DNA of 64,000 bases from Methanotrichaceae archaeon (GCA_963813075.1 CAWEXU010000009.1:15432-79431); one strand, 5' to 3'; shown: positions 22,600 to 32,815, numbered from the stretch's first letter. Numbers and translations are program-made. The notes: generated from the sequence alone by a model not told the origin.

Positions 22600-22667
22600 T
22601 AAGTTCACCATCCATGATAATTTTCAAAGATACTATGCGCCAGGTATTTAAATTTCTTCCGGCAGAA

Positions 22668-24050
22668 ATGGCTTCAATTCCAGACATTTCAGGAGGATTT
22701 ACGGATCGAGCAGCTATAGTTATAGCATTGTATATGCTGGCCATTTTCGTCATAGGAACCTGGCAGCATCGATTGAAAGGGCTGGAGAACTATCATCTCG
22801 CAGGAAGAAGCCAGGGGGCCATAGCCCTCACAGGGACCTTTTGTGCAACCATACTGGGCGCTTCAACCACCATCGGGATGGCAGGCCTGGGATACAGCCG
22901 GGGTCTTGCCGGCTCCTGGTGGATGCTATCAGGCACCATAGGAATGCTCGTACTGTCCCTATTTCTTGCTGAAAGGATAAGATCCACCGGTTGCAGCACT
23001 CTGCCCCAGCTTGTGGGCTCATTCTGGGGAGAGAGGACGAGAGATGCCGCCTCAATTCTCATCGCTATCTCCTGGATAGGGGTGATTGCCGTGCAGATAA
23101 TTGCCTCTGGAAACATACTGTTTGCAGTCTTTGGAGGAGCTATATCCCATTACATGGTTGCATCTACACTGGTATTTGTCCTATACACCGCATATGGGGG
23201 AAAGATCTCAGTCATAAGGACCGACCTGTTTCAGATGATAATTATATTATTTGGATTGGTGATTTTATTTTCGAAAGCATTGAGTGCTCAAGGTTCCATG
23301 CCCCCAATCCTGCAGAGCTTTCCCACATCTGCGGAAATGAATTGCTGGGAGGTTATCACCATGATAATTGTAGTGGGATCAGCCTACCTCATAGGTCCGG
23401 ATATGTACTCGCATATCTTTTCCTCCCGCAGCGCCAGAGAGGCAAAGACCTCTGCATTCCTGTCTGCGATCATCCTGATACCCCTGGCATTTCTGATCAC
23501 CTCTCTGGGAATCTTTTCCAGCTATCTGTATCCGGCAATACCACCTGAACAGGCTATCTTATCCCTCATGACCGGATTATTAACCCCGGCGATTGAGGGC
23601 CTGGTGGCAGCTGCTCTGCTGGCAGCCTTCATGTCCTCAGCAGATACCTGCCTGATGACTGCCACCTCCATTTTAACCTTCGACATCTACGGCAAGATAT
23701 ACAGCAACGCAACCCAGGATCATCTGATGAAGGCCTCAAGGATAGCAGTGATGATCATCGGAGCCCTTGCCCTCACCCTTGCCGTATCCGTCCCCGAGAT
23801 CATCAAAACACTGCTCATCGCCTACACCATATTCACCAGCGGCCTTCTCATGCCTGTTCTCGCTGGATTCTACCGGGAAAGGCTCGGCCTGACATCCACC
23901 GGAGCCCTCTGTGCTATTGCAGGAGGAGGATTAACTGCCATTCTCCTGGGCCAGAGCTATCCTCTGCTGGGGATGGTGGTCTCTGGAATGCTGCTTATCA
24001 TTGTGAGCTGGCTGGAAAGATGGCAATCGAGAAGAGGAGCAGAAGGTTAA
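22668..24050 (+). CDS. Sodium:solute symporter family protein
   Basis: YHLAGRS, GGKISVIRTDLFQ, AAFMSSADT; many TM segments; start uncertain. Confidence 0.9.
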   Translation: MASIPDISGGFTDRAAIVIALYMLAIFVIGTWQHRLKGLENYHLAGRSQGAIALTGTFCATILGASTTIGMAGLGYSRGLAGSWWMLSGTIGMLVLSLFLAERIRSTGCSTLPQLVGSFWGERTRDAASILIAISWIGVIAVQIIASGNILFAVFGGAISHYMVASTLVFVLYTAYGGKISVIRTDLFQMIIILFGLVILFSKALSAQGSMPPILQSFPTSAEMNCWEVITMIIVVGSAYLIGPDMYSHIFSSRSAREAKTSAFLSAIILIPLAFLITSLGIFSSYLYPAIPPEQAILSLMTGLLTPAIEGLVAAALLAAFMSSADTCLMTATSILTFDIYGKIYSNATQDHLMKASRIAVMIIGALALTLAVSVPEIIKTLLIAYTIFTSGLLMPVLAGFYRERLGLTSTGALCAIAGGGLTAILLGQSYPLLGMVVSGMLLIIVSWLERWQSRRGAEG

Positions 24051-24113
24051 TCGGATACTACAATTGAGGCCTGAGCACTGCCGCGGACCCCAATTGCGTG
24101 CATTATTTTTTCG

Positions 24114-24356
24114 TCATACAGCCGGCTTATATCCTCTTGGCTCATCCACGACCTCAATAGTGGCAATGGCATGTTTGAAGACCAATAGCTCTCCTTTTGC
24201 AGTTTGGAGCAGGATCTCGTATGAGTTGAATGACTCGATGGTTCCTGTAACCGGCTGGCCACCTGAGGTGAGGCGGACCGTTACCTTCTTGCCCTTGAAC
24301 TTGGGTATGAATTGCGGCGACGATTGTTTTGCTGTGGGTTTTTCTTCTTCAGACAT
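24114..24356 (-). CDS. Hfq-like Sm-fold RNA chaperone
   Basis: GGGGGAGG SD; Sm1 VTVRLTSG..VTGTIESFNSYEILL; Sm2 LLVFKHAIATI. Confidence 0.85.
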   Translation of the reverse strand: MSEEEKPTAKQSSPQFIPKFKGKKVTVRLTSGGQPVTGTIESFNSYEILLQTAKGELLVFKHAIATIEVVDEPRGYKPAV

Positions 24357-24679
24357 TTTCCCTCCCCCGATCAGAAAGCTTCTCTGCCAACACCTGGCTT
24401 TACATACCAAAGCTCCTTCCCGGATCCTGACTCTTCAAAAGACCGGGATATGAGATTGAGGCTACAACCCCCTCTGCCAGGCCCAGGTAAATTTCAACTC
24501 ATGAGATTATCAATCTTGCGCCATACTTCTGGGAGATGGAGGAGGCAAGGGGAAGTACCACGCCGCAAATTACGACACTGCCAATTTCCAGATTTGTATC
24601 CAGTTTGCTCCCAGATTTAGATCCAGTTTGCAGCACAGCGTATTTAAGCAAGGGGATAAATCAAGCCCGTCGGGAATAT

Positions 24680-25091
24680 ATGAAGCGATTGATTCTGATT
24701 CTGGTAATATTGATGGTTCTTGCCCTCTTTGCACAGAGCAGATCACCAATAGATATCGGTGGCATGAAAGGAGATATGCTTTTAAGAGAGCTTACCAATA
24801 ATTCCACCAAATAATTCTACCAATAATTCTACCAATAATTCATCCACCGCTGCCATGGAGGTTAACAAAACCATCGATCTCTCGCGAAGGGCACAATCGG
24901 CTGATATCTCAGGCAGCGAGGGATCACTGATTTTAAAGGATTTAATGAATACCTCAAATGCTACCGATAAAATAAAAGAGCATGCTAACCTCTCCATGTG
25001 GGGATCTGGGCCCAAAGCGATACCCTCGCCACCCGATTCCAGGTCTTCAAAGAGCAATGAGATCATCAGGATGAACCATCTGGGGTACTGA
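24680..25091 (+). CDS. Secreted protein with TNNS repeats (frameshift near 24809)
   Basis: Signal peptide MKRLILILV; an extra A in the accaataattc repeat links it to ORF 24855-25091. Confidence 0.65.
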
Positions 25092-25093
25092 AT

Positions 25094-25492
25094 ATGAAGA
25101 CAATGTTGGCGGTATTAATCTGCATGAGCCTTATCACCATCCTCCCGCAATCAGCTCTATCAATCCTTGATGTGGGAGGAGACTGGGGTGCATCGTGGCT
25201 AAAAGAGCATGGGACAGAGCCGAATATCGAAGAGACCCAAAACAATCTATGGAAATGGGGCAGCGCACCAAAGGGCTTCAAGATCCATAATGAGACAGTC
25301 TATCCACCGGGATATGCACCATCATGGTACTACCCAAATTATGCCATCAATAACACACCGATATTCATAGATAATTCCGCCTCGAAAAGTTATCAGCCTG
25401 CGGACTATGGAGGCATTGATCCCTGGCTGACCGCCCAGCTCTCAGGCCAGCCTGTAGCTCTGATATCCCAGCCCCCGGGCGTACTATTTTAA
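25094..25492 (+). CDS. Secreted protein related to the upstream gene
   Basis: Signal peptide; shared DxGGxxG and NLxxWGSxPK motifs. Confidence 0.7.
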   Translation: MKTMLAVLICMSLITILPQSALSILDVGGDWGASWLKEHGTEPNIEETQNNLWKWGSAPKGFKIHNETVYPPGYAPSWYYPNYAINNTPIFIDNSASKSYQPADYGGIDPWLTAQLSGQPVALISQPPGVLF

Positions 25493-25512
25493 TTTTATTT
25501 TAACTAATTATT

Positions 25513-26559
25513 CTAATTATTAAACTCCAGAGCCATTTTCATTCTGAAGTAGACCCCAGGCGTCTTATCCCATAATCCATCAGAAGTGGTGCCGGTCTGA
25601 TTGACGATCGATGACTGCTCAAGATTATACCAGTGATCGAGACTCTGATTTATGGAGTTATTCAGGTTGAAGCCTGCGATCTCCTCATCGATGAACCTGG
25701 TGTCGATGGTCGAATTGGGATTCACCACAATTTGCCGGTTCACATCCAAGCGGCCTGCGGGCAGACTCTGAAGAGGAAATCCACTGCCAGAACCTTGCAT
25801 CTGCATACGGCTAATGCTGGATTCATTATCAGACCTTCCTGCCACGGCCATATTCAGCGAGCAGTTCGATTGACGGGAGTCAACCGCGCTCACCCACTCC
25901 AGTGACGTATTCCCCAGGACCTCGGAGTCGATTTGCAGCCATCTACCTAATCCCTTGATCAATAGGCTCTGATCAAAGCCGCGCATATCCTCCTGGCCGG
26001 ATGAGCCCTCGCCTTGATCTGTCAGGCCGCTGCCCGCGGAAGATAGAGAATGGGGCGAGATTCTGGCGACCTCCTGAAACTTTGAGCCCGGAGCCCAAAT
26101 GCTCTCGGATACAGCTACATCAGAATTCTTATAAAATGCAGTTAAATTGCCATCGGATAATGATGCCTTCGAGGATATAGAGGCAACTGAACTGTTATGG
26201 GACGCGGTTGCACTGCCACCCCAGGCGAGCTGACCGGAATCAGTCTCGGCAGCCGATTGCATATGATCCTCCTGGCAGAGCAGCTCATAAGAATAGAAGC
26301 TGCGATTGCTGACCGAAGACCCCTTTCCCTCCACAGAAACAAGATCATTTGCGAGGAATGCAGCGCCGCCAAAGTTCAAGTTCTCGCCAAAAACCGCCTC
26401 AGATACAGAGTCAGCCGAATTATATACGTTGCATGAGAAGCTGACAGTTGCCAAGCTGTCCTGAATCGATCCAGGGGAAATAGTGACGAAGAGGATCGAA
26501 ATTAGGAAAAAGAAAGCCTGCTTCGTTATTTGGGAAATATGGAATTTCTTCGAATTCAT
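25513..26559 (-). CDS. Secreted Ser-rich beta protein
   Basis: N-terminal hydrophobic segment; ATGA overlap with the upstream stop. Confidence 0.7.
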   Translation of the reverse strand: MNSKKFHISQITKQAFFFLISILFVTISPGSIQDSLATVSFSCNVYNSADSVSEAVFGENLNFGGAAFLANDLVSVEGKGSSVSNRSFYSYELLCQEDHMQSAAETDSGQLAWGGSATASHNSSVASISSKASLSDGNLTAFYKNSDVAVSESIWAPGSKFQEVARISPHSLSSAGSGLTDQGEGSSGQEDMRGFDQSLLIKGLGRWLQIDSEVLGNTSLEWVSAVDSRQSNCSLNMAVAGRSDNESSISRMQMQGSGSGFPLQSLPAGRLDVNRQIVVNPNSTIDTRFIDEEIAGFNLNNSINQSLDHWYNLEQSSIVNQTGTTSDGLWDKTPGVYFRMKMALEFNN

Positions 26560-27278
26560 TTGCCGCTCACCACACCATATTCCATCTCTGATTGGCACCT
26601 GATGCCATCGTCCTCCAAGGATCTCGATAGACGGTAGCCTGCAAAGCTTGATTGATAATCTGGAGACACGCTATAGATCAGATCCACCCTTTGATCAAAG
26701 AAGTCAGCGGGCTCATCAAGCAGGAGCTGATCGGCCTGAAAGCTGAACTCATAAGGCTCAAGGGTTTTGGTATAGACATGAGGAAGGTCGCCAAAATCCA
26801 ATTTCAGATTATGCCCACCGGTCAAATAAAAGGCATACTTCCCTTCACCCGAACAGGCCAGTCCCAGCCCTGAGCTTTCGCTCTTGACCAGGCTGAGGTT
26901 TTCTTCTTTGATGAGGCCTGATGAGGCTATGCCCCGCATAGTTAAATCCAGCTCAGTCAAATTCCTGGCCCGGATGTGAGTTGAGACGGTGCCCATATGC
27001 TGGGAGCTGGTGGTATTGAAGTTTATGGACTGAGCGAGGATCATTGGATCCGTGCCCCTGGACCTCGCAGCCAATTCCGCCTCGCCATAGCTTTTTATGT
27101 ACTGGCCAGGGGGATAAAATAGAGTGTTTTGAGAGATGGTTTCGAGGGCTCCTGTGCTGCTGTCGTTTAAGATCAGATAGGAGCTGCTGAAGGCACTGGC
27201 CTCGGTCGAGGCATCCGCCAGAGCAAGAGCGAGCAGCATTGTGATCAATATCAGCGGGGCAAACCTCATATGCATCAC
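26556..27278 (-). CDS. Secreted hypothetical protein
   Basis: Signal peptide ending ALADA. Confidence 0.7.
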   Translation of the reverse strand: MMHMRFAPLILITMLLALALADASTEASAFSSSYLILNDSSTGALETISQNTLFYPPGQYIKSYGEAELAARSRGTDPMILAQSINFNTTSSQHMGTVSTHIRARNLTELDLTMRGIASSGLIKEENLSLVKSESSGLGLACSGEGKYAFYLTGGHNLKLDFGDLPHVYTKTLEPYEFSFQADQLLLDEPADFFDQRVDLIYSVSPDYQSSFAGYRLSRSLEDDGIRCQSEMEYGVVSGK

Positions 27279-27421
27279 GTCGAAATGAGTTAGAGGATGT
27301 TTGGCATTTATTTAGACTATTCCTTCATCCTTTAAGTCCTTTTGGACCGACTCCGGGTTGTCAAGCAGAACTTTTTTTAAAAAAAATGGGAAAACTGGTC
27401 AATCCAGGATATCAGTCTAAA

Positions 27422-28171
27422 TTAAGCCCAGTTGTCCATATGGAATCCCTGGCTCTCTGCCCCGGAGAGATCCACGCTAATATCCACATCGGTATATCCG
27501 CTTTCTGATCCATCAGGAGTCAGATCATAAGCGCCGGAAAAGCTTCCCCAGGCGTTGTATCCACCAGACATAGTGGGAACAGCACCAGGTGCCATAAGCT
27601 GCTCGAAGCCTACAGTTGAGGCCATTCCCATGTCCGCATTTGTGAAGCGAGAGTCGTCATTAGCCCAAATGCTGATGGAAGGGTACATGAGGTCTGGATT
27701 ATCCCGCTCAAAATAGGTATATGCCGAATCCTGGCCTTGACTGACCTGGGCGTAATTATCTCCCCAAAACTGAACATAGTTGAACAGTCCTGATAGGGCC
27801 ATATTCTGGCCGGCTGTGGCTGAGCCAAAGCTCATAACCTCTCCTGGCGTCTCGAGATCAGGAGATTTGGATCCTAATGTCGCACTGCCATATTGGGTCA
27901 GAACATCATTGGTATCCACAGATTGCCCCTGATAGAAGATCCGGTCGGCGTAAACTCCGGATGCATAGTTTTTGACATTCGCACCTGAATATCCGTAGGG
28001 TCCATACTCATTGAAGTTTGCGGATGATGAAACTCCACTGAACCATTGCAGATTCTCCCCAGCCTGAGAATCAATCACCTTTTGGAATTGATAGTTCAGA
28101 TAGTTTGTCTCTTCCCAGGCGGAAGACATTCCTATGACCATAAAGGCCAACAAAACGATTACTGTTTTCAT
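27422..28171 (-). CDS. Secreted N/Q/S/G/Y-rich acidic protein (candidate sheath protein)
   Basis: Signal peptide ending SSA, GAGGTG SD, TATA box and leader hairpin. Confidence 0.75.
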   Translation of the reverse strand: MKTVIVLLAFMVIGMSSAWEETNYLNYQFQKVIDSQAGENLQWFSGVSSSANFNEYGPYGYSGANVKNYASGVYADRIFYQGQSVDTNDVLTQYGSATLGSKSPDLETPGEVMSFGSATAGQNMALSGLFNYVQFWGDNYAQVSQGQDSAYTYFERDNPDLMYPSISIWANDDSRFTNADMGMASTVGFEQLMAPGAVPTMSGGYNAWGSFSGAYDLTPDGSESGYTDVDISVDLSGAESQGFHMDNWA

Positions 28172-28178
28172 AAGCTGC

Positions 28179-28278
28179 CACCTCTCATTTTCTTCCCGTC
28201 TTTGAAGACCGGCCTCGCAACCGGGGATTCAAAGATGATTTGCTGACTATAAGTATACTAACCGCTCATTATATATAA
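28179..28278 (-). promoter_or_regulatory. TATA box, 5' UTR GNRA hairpin and SD of the 27422-28171 gene
   Basis: TTATATATAA at 28278-28269; TCTTTGAA..CCGGTT-GCGA-GGCCGG..TTCAAAGA at 28235-28199; GAGGTG at 28184-28179. Confidence 0.65.
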
Positions 28279-28369
28279 GATTAAGAAGTTCAAATTAGAT
28301 TTTTAAATACGTAAATTTCTTTATAATGACTTATTCTTAATAGTTCATGCGTCCTACAATTACGATGAA

Positions 28370-29284
28370 TTAAATCAATTGCGATGAATTGCATTTTATA
28401 TAATTATTAAAGTCCCTGGATTCCTGATCAGAGAGGCAGCAGTCCAGCCATTCTCTGTCGTCATCCAGCTTCATTATCCAGTCGCCCATGCTCAATGAGA
28501 GGGTTATGTTCTGCTGGCCGGTATAGTCCTCGATGATCCTGCTTTCAGTCTGATCGGAGTGATCGATTCTCCCTATGTCAATATGGGTATTGCGCCCGAC
28601 TGAGCTGTGATTGAGCAGAAAAACGGTTGACTTGTTGCTGTACTCCTCCAAATTTACCCCCTGACTGGTTAGATTGGCCGATATCAGGGTTCGATTCAGA
28701 GCCGTCCGGTAGATGCTGCCCCTGGATAGCTCCCAAGACTCCAGGGAGCTTTCTACATAGTCGCCATTATTCTCATAAATCTCTCTGACCCTTATCCCTG
28801 GACCGGAGTATAATATCCTCTTTTGATTGGCAAAATGGGCCTTCCAATTCTCATCTATGTCGATCTTACCATATTCAGAAGTCTCAATTTTTCGAGATTC
28901 ATTCCGATCCGAATCATTGCCAGAATAAATATTGTCAGAATATATCACATTGCTTTGCAGTTTGGCTGCGATCTGAACAGGCCCCTCTCCAGTGCGCAGA
29001 ACCATCTGATCAGCATAGCCTATTCTGCCTGCCAGGGGAGAGGAGGAGAGCTCATGGGCCCGGACTCCAGCAAATCCATCTATGCTGCTGTATCGAGAGA
29101 AGTTGCCAAATCCATTTACCAACCCTTTTGCATCGAACTTCATATCCTGAATTGAGCGGTGAATCTCCAGAGAGGAGTCATTTACCCGGGCAGAGATATC
29201 ATAACCCATGAGCCCATTCGCTGAGGGCATAATGAATAAAAGGGCGAATAGAATAGAAAGCAAAAACCCCACCCATAGTCTCAC
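28370..29284 (-). CDS. Secreted hypothetical protein with C-terminal WLDCC motif
   Basis: Signal peptide; several N-x-S/T sequons. Confidence 0.7.
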   Translation of the reverse strand: MRLWVGFLLSILFALLFIMPSANGLMGYDISARVNDSSLEIHRSIQDMKFDAKGLVNGFGNFSRYSSIDGFAGVRAHELSSSPLAGRIGYADQMVLRTGEGPVQIAAKLQSNVIYSDNIYSGNDSDRNESRKIETSEYGKIDIDENWKAHFANQKRILYSGPGIRVREIYENNGDYVESSLESWELSRGSIYRTALNRTLISANLTSQGVNLEEYSNKSTVFLLNHSSVGRNTHIDIGRIDHSDQTESRIIEDYTGQQNITLSLSMGDWIMKLDDDREWLDCCLSDQESRDFNNYIKCNSSQLI

Positions 29285-29424
29285 CAGATCTCAGCTCCCC
29301 TGCCTTATCTCAATTCTCCTTATGAAAGACTATATCGGGAGACATATATACTACTTTTGACCAGTGCCTCTGCTCTGGAGCTTTACGGGATCATATTCTG
29401 GCGGGGATAGAAGCGGGAAAAAGA

Positions 29425-29581
29425 GGTTCCTCGCTGTTTCTTGTGGGTAGCGGGATAATTAACCCTGGTGGTTTACGGAATACGGAATAAAACCGAAGAG
29501 GCGCAGAGCGCACGGAGGATCATGAAAAAATGTCGAATTCCTGTGACTAGCGCACGAACCCACACCAAATAGCGAGGAGCC
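29425..29581. mobile_element. Putative MITE
   Basis: 24-bp terminal inverted repeats matching 20/24; flanks gaaaaaga and aaaaaaga. Confidence 0.55.
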
Positions 29582-29619
29582 AAAAAAGATATCTCTAAAG
29601 AGGAGGATGAAAGCTCTTA

Positions 29620-30381
29620 ATGACAGGGAAAAGCGAATGGGAAGAGTTCTTCGATGCTCATGCACCGATCTATGAAGATAATATATTCACGAAGAATACC
29701 CTTCAAGAGGTCGATTTCCTGATCGAGGAGCTGGCTGTGAAAAAGGGCGGATCGATCCTTGACGTAGGATGCGGGACGGGACGCCACTCCATTGAACTGG
29801 CCAGGCGGGGCTATGCGGTCAGCGGAGTTGACCTCTCCTCGGAGATGCTGGCCAGGGCAAAAGCTGCTGCCAGGTCTGCCGGCGTCAATGTTAACTGGGT
29901 TCATTCGGATGCCACTTCCTTTTCACTGCCAGATAAGTACGATGGTGCTATCTGCCTGTGCGAAGGAGCCTTTGGCCTCCTGGGCAAGAGCGATGACCCC
30001 ATCGGCCAGCCGCTATCCATCCTGTGCAATATCTCCCGTAGCCTCAGGCCACAGGCAAGGGCAGTTCTCACCGTTCTCAACGGACTGGCAATGATTCGCA
30101 GGGTCACAAATAAGGACGTTGAGGAGGGGCGAATTGATCCATTGGTACTGGTTGAGTCTTCAGAATGCCCGCCCAGGGAAAATTTGCCTGCAATTCCGGT
30201 TCGAGAGAAGGCATTTGTGCCAACAGAGCTTGCACTTCTCTTCCGACTGGCAGGCATGTCCGTGCTTAACATATGGGGCGGGACGGCAGGCAACTGGGGG
30301 AAAAGGTCCATCGACCTGGATGAGATGGAGATCATGATTGTGGGCTGCAAAACCGGCGAGCCCTTGCTTGGTGAGAGATGA
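29620..30381 (+). CDS. Class I SAM-dependent methyltransferase
   Basis: ILDVGCGTGRH, GVDLS. Confidence 0.9.
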   Translation: MTGKSEWEEFFDAHAPIYEDNIFTKNTLQEVDFLIEELAVKKGGSILDVGCGTGRHSIELARRGYAVSGVDLSSEMLARAKAAARSAGVNVNWVHSDATSFSLPDKYDGAICLCEGAFGLLGKSDDPIGQPLSILCNISRSLRPQARAVLTVLNGLAMIRRVTNKDVEEGRIDPLVLVESSECPPRENLPAIPVREKAFVPTELALLFRLAGMSVLNIWGGTAGNWGKRSIDLDEMEIMIVGCKTGEPLLGER

Positions 30382-30508
30382 TTGACTCTGTTTATCAGTA
30401 TCCCGGCCCAGGCCTTGAAGAGAGGATAGATTAGCTCCCCTCCAATCTGGGTCTTATCACTCTATCCCTCTGCCAAAATATCCGCAGCCAAAACGCGGAT
30501 TAAGCCAA

Positions 30509-31306
30509 TTATGCCAGCTCTTCCGCTTTAGCAAAGGCAAGATCGGCATCTTCATCCCGACCCAGAGCCCTGAGGGCTTCGCCCCGGTTGCGCCAGGCAT
30601 CGGCGAGATTCGGATCGAGCTGGATTGCCTTATCTAACGCCTCAAGAGACTCGTCATACCTTTCCAGTCTCCTGAATAGCTCCCCCAGGTTGCTCCAGGC
30701 AGGTGCATAGTCCGGCATCAGCCTGATGACCTCATTGACTGCAGCTACAGCCGCCTCATACTTGCCTTGTTTATAAAGGATGTCAACTTTAACCGACCAG
30801 GCAATAGCATTATCCGGCTCCAGCCTTACTGCCTCTTCAATAGCATTGAGGGACTCATTGTACTTTCCCTGTGCATAGAGAGCAGATCCTTTCAGGCTCC
30901 ATATCGAGCTATCCTCCGGCTTCAGGACTATGGCCTGGTCAAGAGCAGTGATCGCCTTTTCATATTCCCCCTGCTTAAAAAGTGCGCCGCCTTTGTTGCT
31001 CCAGGCAGCAGCAAGCTCGGGATCTATCCTTATGACCTCATCGAAGGCCAGTATGGCTTCATCGTATCTCCTCAGATTGAGGAAGGCGTTGCCCTTATTG
31101 CTCCATGCCACCAGGTTCTCCGGATCCAGGCTGATGGCTTCGTCGTATGCCTCAATGGCCTTCTCATAATCCCCCTGGCCGAAGAGCTCATTGCCTCTGT
31201 CCAGCCACTCCTCGGCATTCTCTTGACAGGCTGACGGTGTACTAATCGCGATTAGAAGAACGGATAGGGCATAAATCAATCTCATGCTGATCTTATACGC
31301 GCTCAA
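30509..31306 (-). CDS. Exported TPR repeat protein
   Basis: About seven AW.NKG-type TPR repeats after a signal peptide. Confidence 0.9.
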   Translation of the reverse strand: MSAYKISMRLIYALSVLLIAISTPSACQENAEEWLDRGNELFGQGDYEKAIEAYDEAISLDPENLVAWSNKGNAFLNLRRYDEAILAFDEVIRIDPELAAAWSNKGGALFKQGEYEKAITALDQAIVLKPEDSSIWSLKGSALYAQGKYNESLNAIEEAVRLEPDNAIAWSVKVDILYKQGKYEAAVAAVNEVIRLMPDYAPAWSNLGELFRRLERYDESLEALDKAIQLDPNLADAWRNRGEALRALGRDEDADLAFAKAEELA

Positions 31307-31392
31307 AAGAGATATGATTATCGGACTTGAGTGATTACTTTTGCATTGATAGACTATGATTCAGTGCCACTTTCAGAACCACAGCAGGTCAG

Positions 31393-32055
31393 CTATCCAT
31401 TTCCTGTCGACTCTTCCCCCTTCGGCTTTTTTATGACGACCCTTTTGTAGACCCCGTATTCAGATATGACCTCTCTGAAGAGCATAGTAATCAGGAAAGA
31501 GGAGAGAATTGCCAGAGTTGGGCTATAGAACAATAGGAAATAATAAATCAATGCTCCCCAAAAGCCGCTTGATATATAGTTGGAGGACTTGAATGCGAAG
31601 GGGGTGCTTCCCATCATGGCATTTCTTATCACTCCGCCTCCCACTCCCGTGATCACTCCGGTGAATATGCATGTTATTGCGGATATCAAGTTCGGAGTTA
31701 ACTCCAATGGAAAAAGATGTCTGTGGCAGACTGAAGCTCCAATAATGACGAAGACCGCCAGCCCAATTGAATCCACGAATCTGAATAGCGAGTAGTTCTT
31801 TTTAAAAAAGCTTGGAATCAGGTAGGTGCAAACTCCGGCAAAGATGCAGACCAAAAAGTAATTGGAATCGATCAGATAAAACAGAGGAGTTCTCCCGATT
31901 ATGAGGTCTCTGACCGTACCGCCGCCAACGGCAGTCACAGTTCCCAATAGAACGGTCGCAAAGATATTCAGCCCTGTGGATCTGGCATGGTAGGCTCCTG
32001 AGACGGCAAATGCCATTGTACCGAGCAAATCCAGAAAATATAGCATCATGTTCAA
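31393..32055 (-). CDS. TRIC channel/UPF0126 family membrane protein
   Basis: TAVGGGTVRD, DSIGL, TGVGGGVIR. Confidence 0.88.
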   Translation of the reverse strand: MNMMLYFLDLLGTMAFAVSGAYHARSTGLNIFATVLLGTVTAVGGGTVRDLIIGRTPLFYLIDSNYFLVCIFAGVCTYLIPSFFKKNYSLFRFVDSIGLAVFVIIGASVCHRHLFPLELTPNLISAITCIFTGVITGVGGGVIRNAMMGSTPFAFKSSNYISSGFWGALIYYFLLFYSPTLAILSSFLITMLFREVISEYGVYKRVVIKKPKGEESTGNG

Positions 32056-32414
32056 TTCAGCGGATCATCTTAAATAACCTGCGGCTCTATTTGGGGATGG
32101 GAGAGGAGAGGAGCCTGCAGGCATAGTGAAGAGCATAATGAAAATATTAAGACCTGAGACGGGCGCTGAGGGCTTTATTTTCAGGAACCATATCAACGCC
32201 ATCAAGGGTAGCATGCCATAAATTGCAGTGAAATCTCAAGTGGCCGTTCGAATTTCAATCCTGGATTCAGATCCATTTGTATTATTCATCAGAGGATAAT
32301 ACTCAATAGCATGCATTCCTGCATTAGACAATCTGACGGTGGATCAATTAGCCTGGATCTGTGATGTCTGAGAGATCACAAAGTTTTTTCGCAAAATCAA
32401 ATTTACTCATGTCC

Positions 32415-32594
32415 TCAAATAGTAATTCTGCGCCGCTTCGCATATTCTTCAAGGCTGATGAAATCGTCATTTTCGCGTTCTATGAGGGCATGAATCTCCT
32501 CCGCAGTTGATTCGTCTCTCTCTTCGAGAGCCTCTAAATCCCGGTCACTGATGGATCGATCTTGTTTCGCCCTTATTCTGGTTTGTGCTGCCAT
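32415..32594 (-). CDS. Small antitoxin-like hypothetical protein
   Basis: Acidic protein ending FISLEEYAKRR; start uncertain. Confidence 0.45.
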   Translation of the reverse strand: MAAQTRIRAKQDRSISDRDLEALEERDESTAEEIHALIERENDDFISLEEYAKRRRITI

Positions 32595-32641
32595 TCTATC
32601 ACTCTCTTCTTTGCCAATATTTTGCATTCTATCGTCATCAG

Positions 32642-32815
32642 CTATTCGCGTTTCCACGTGTCTGATGCAATATTTCCGAGCATCACTGCAATGAACATAG
32701 CTGCACCAAAGCTAATCCAGTCATCCTGTATCACTCGGGAGATCGAGTATGACCAGATGATCACTGCGAGAAGCATGATCATTCCAGCCTTTACCTTGCG
32801 AATAGCAGAGTCCAT
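32642..32815 (-). CDS. 57-aa two-TM protein missing from the ORF track
   Basis: MDSAIRKVKAGMIMLLAVIIWSYSIS...WKRE; GAGG upstream. Confidence 0.55.
   Translation of the reverse strand: MDSAIRKVKAGMIMLLAVIIWSYSISRVIQDDWISFGAAMFIAVMLGNIASDTWKRE

Noticed and set aside
32131..32183. Riboswitch upstream of the TRIC gene
   Set aside because: Only a weak hairpin; no glycine or fluoride riboswitch consensus
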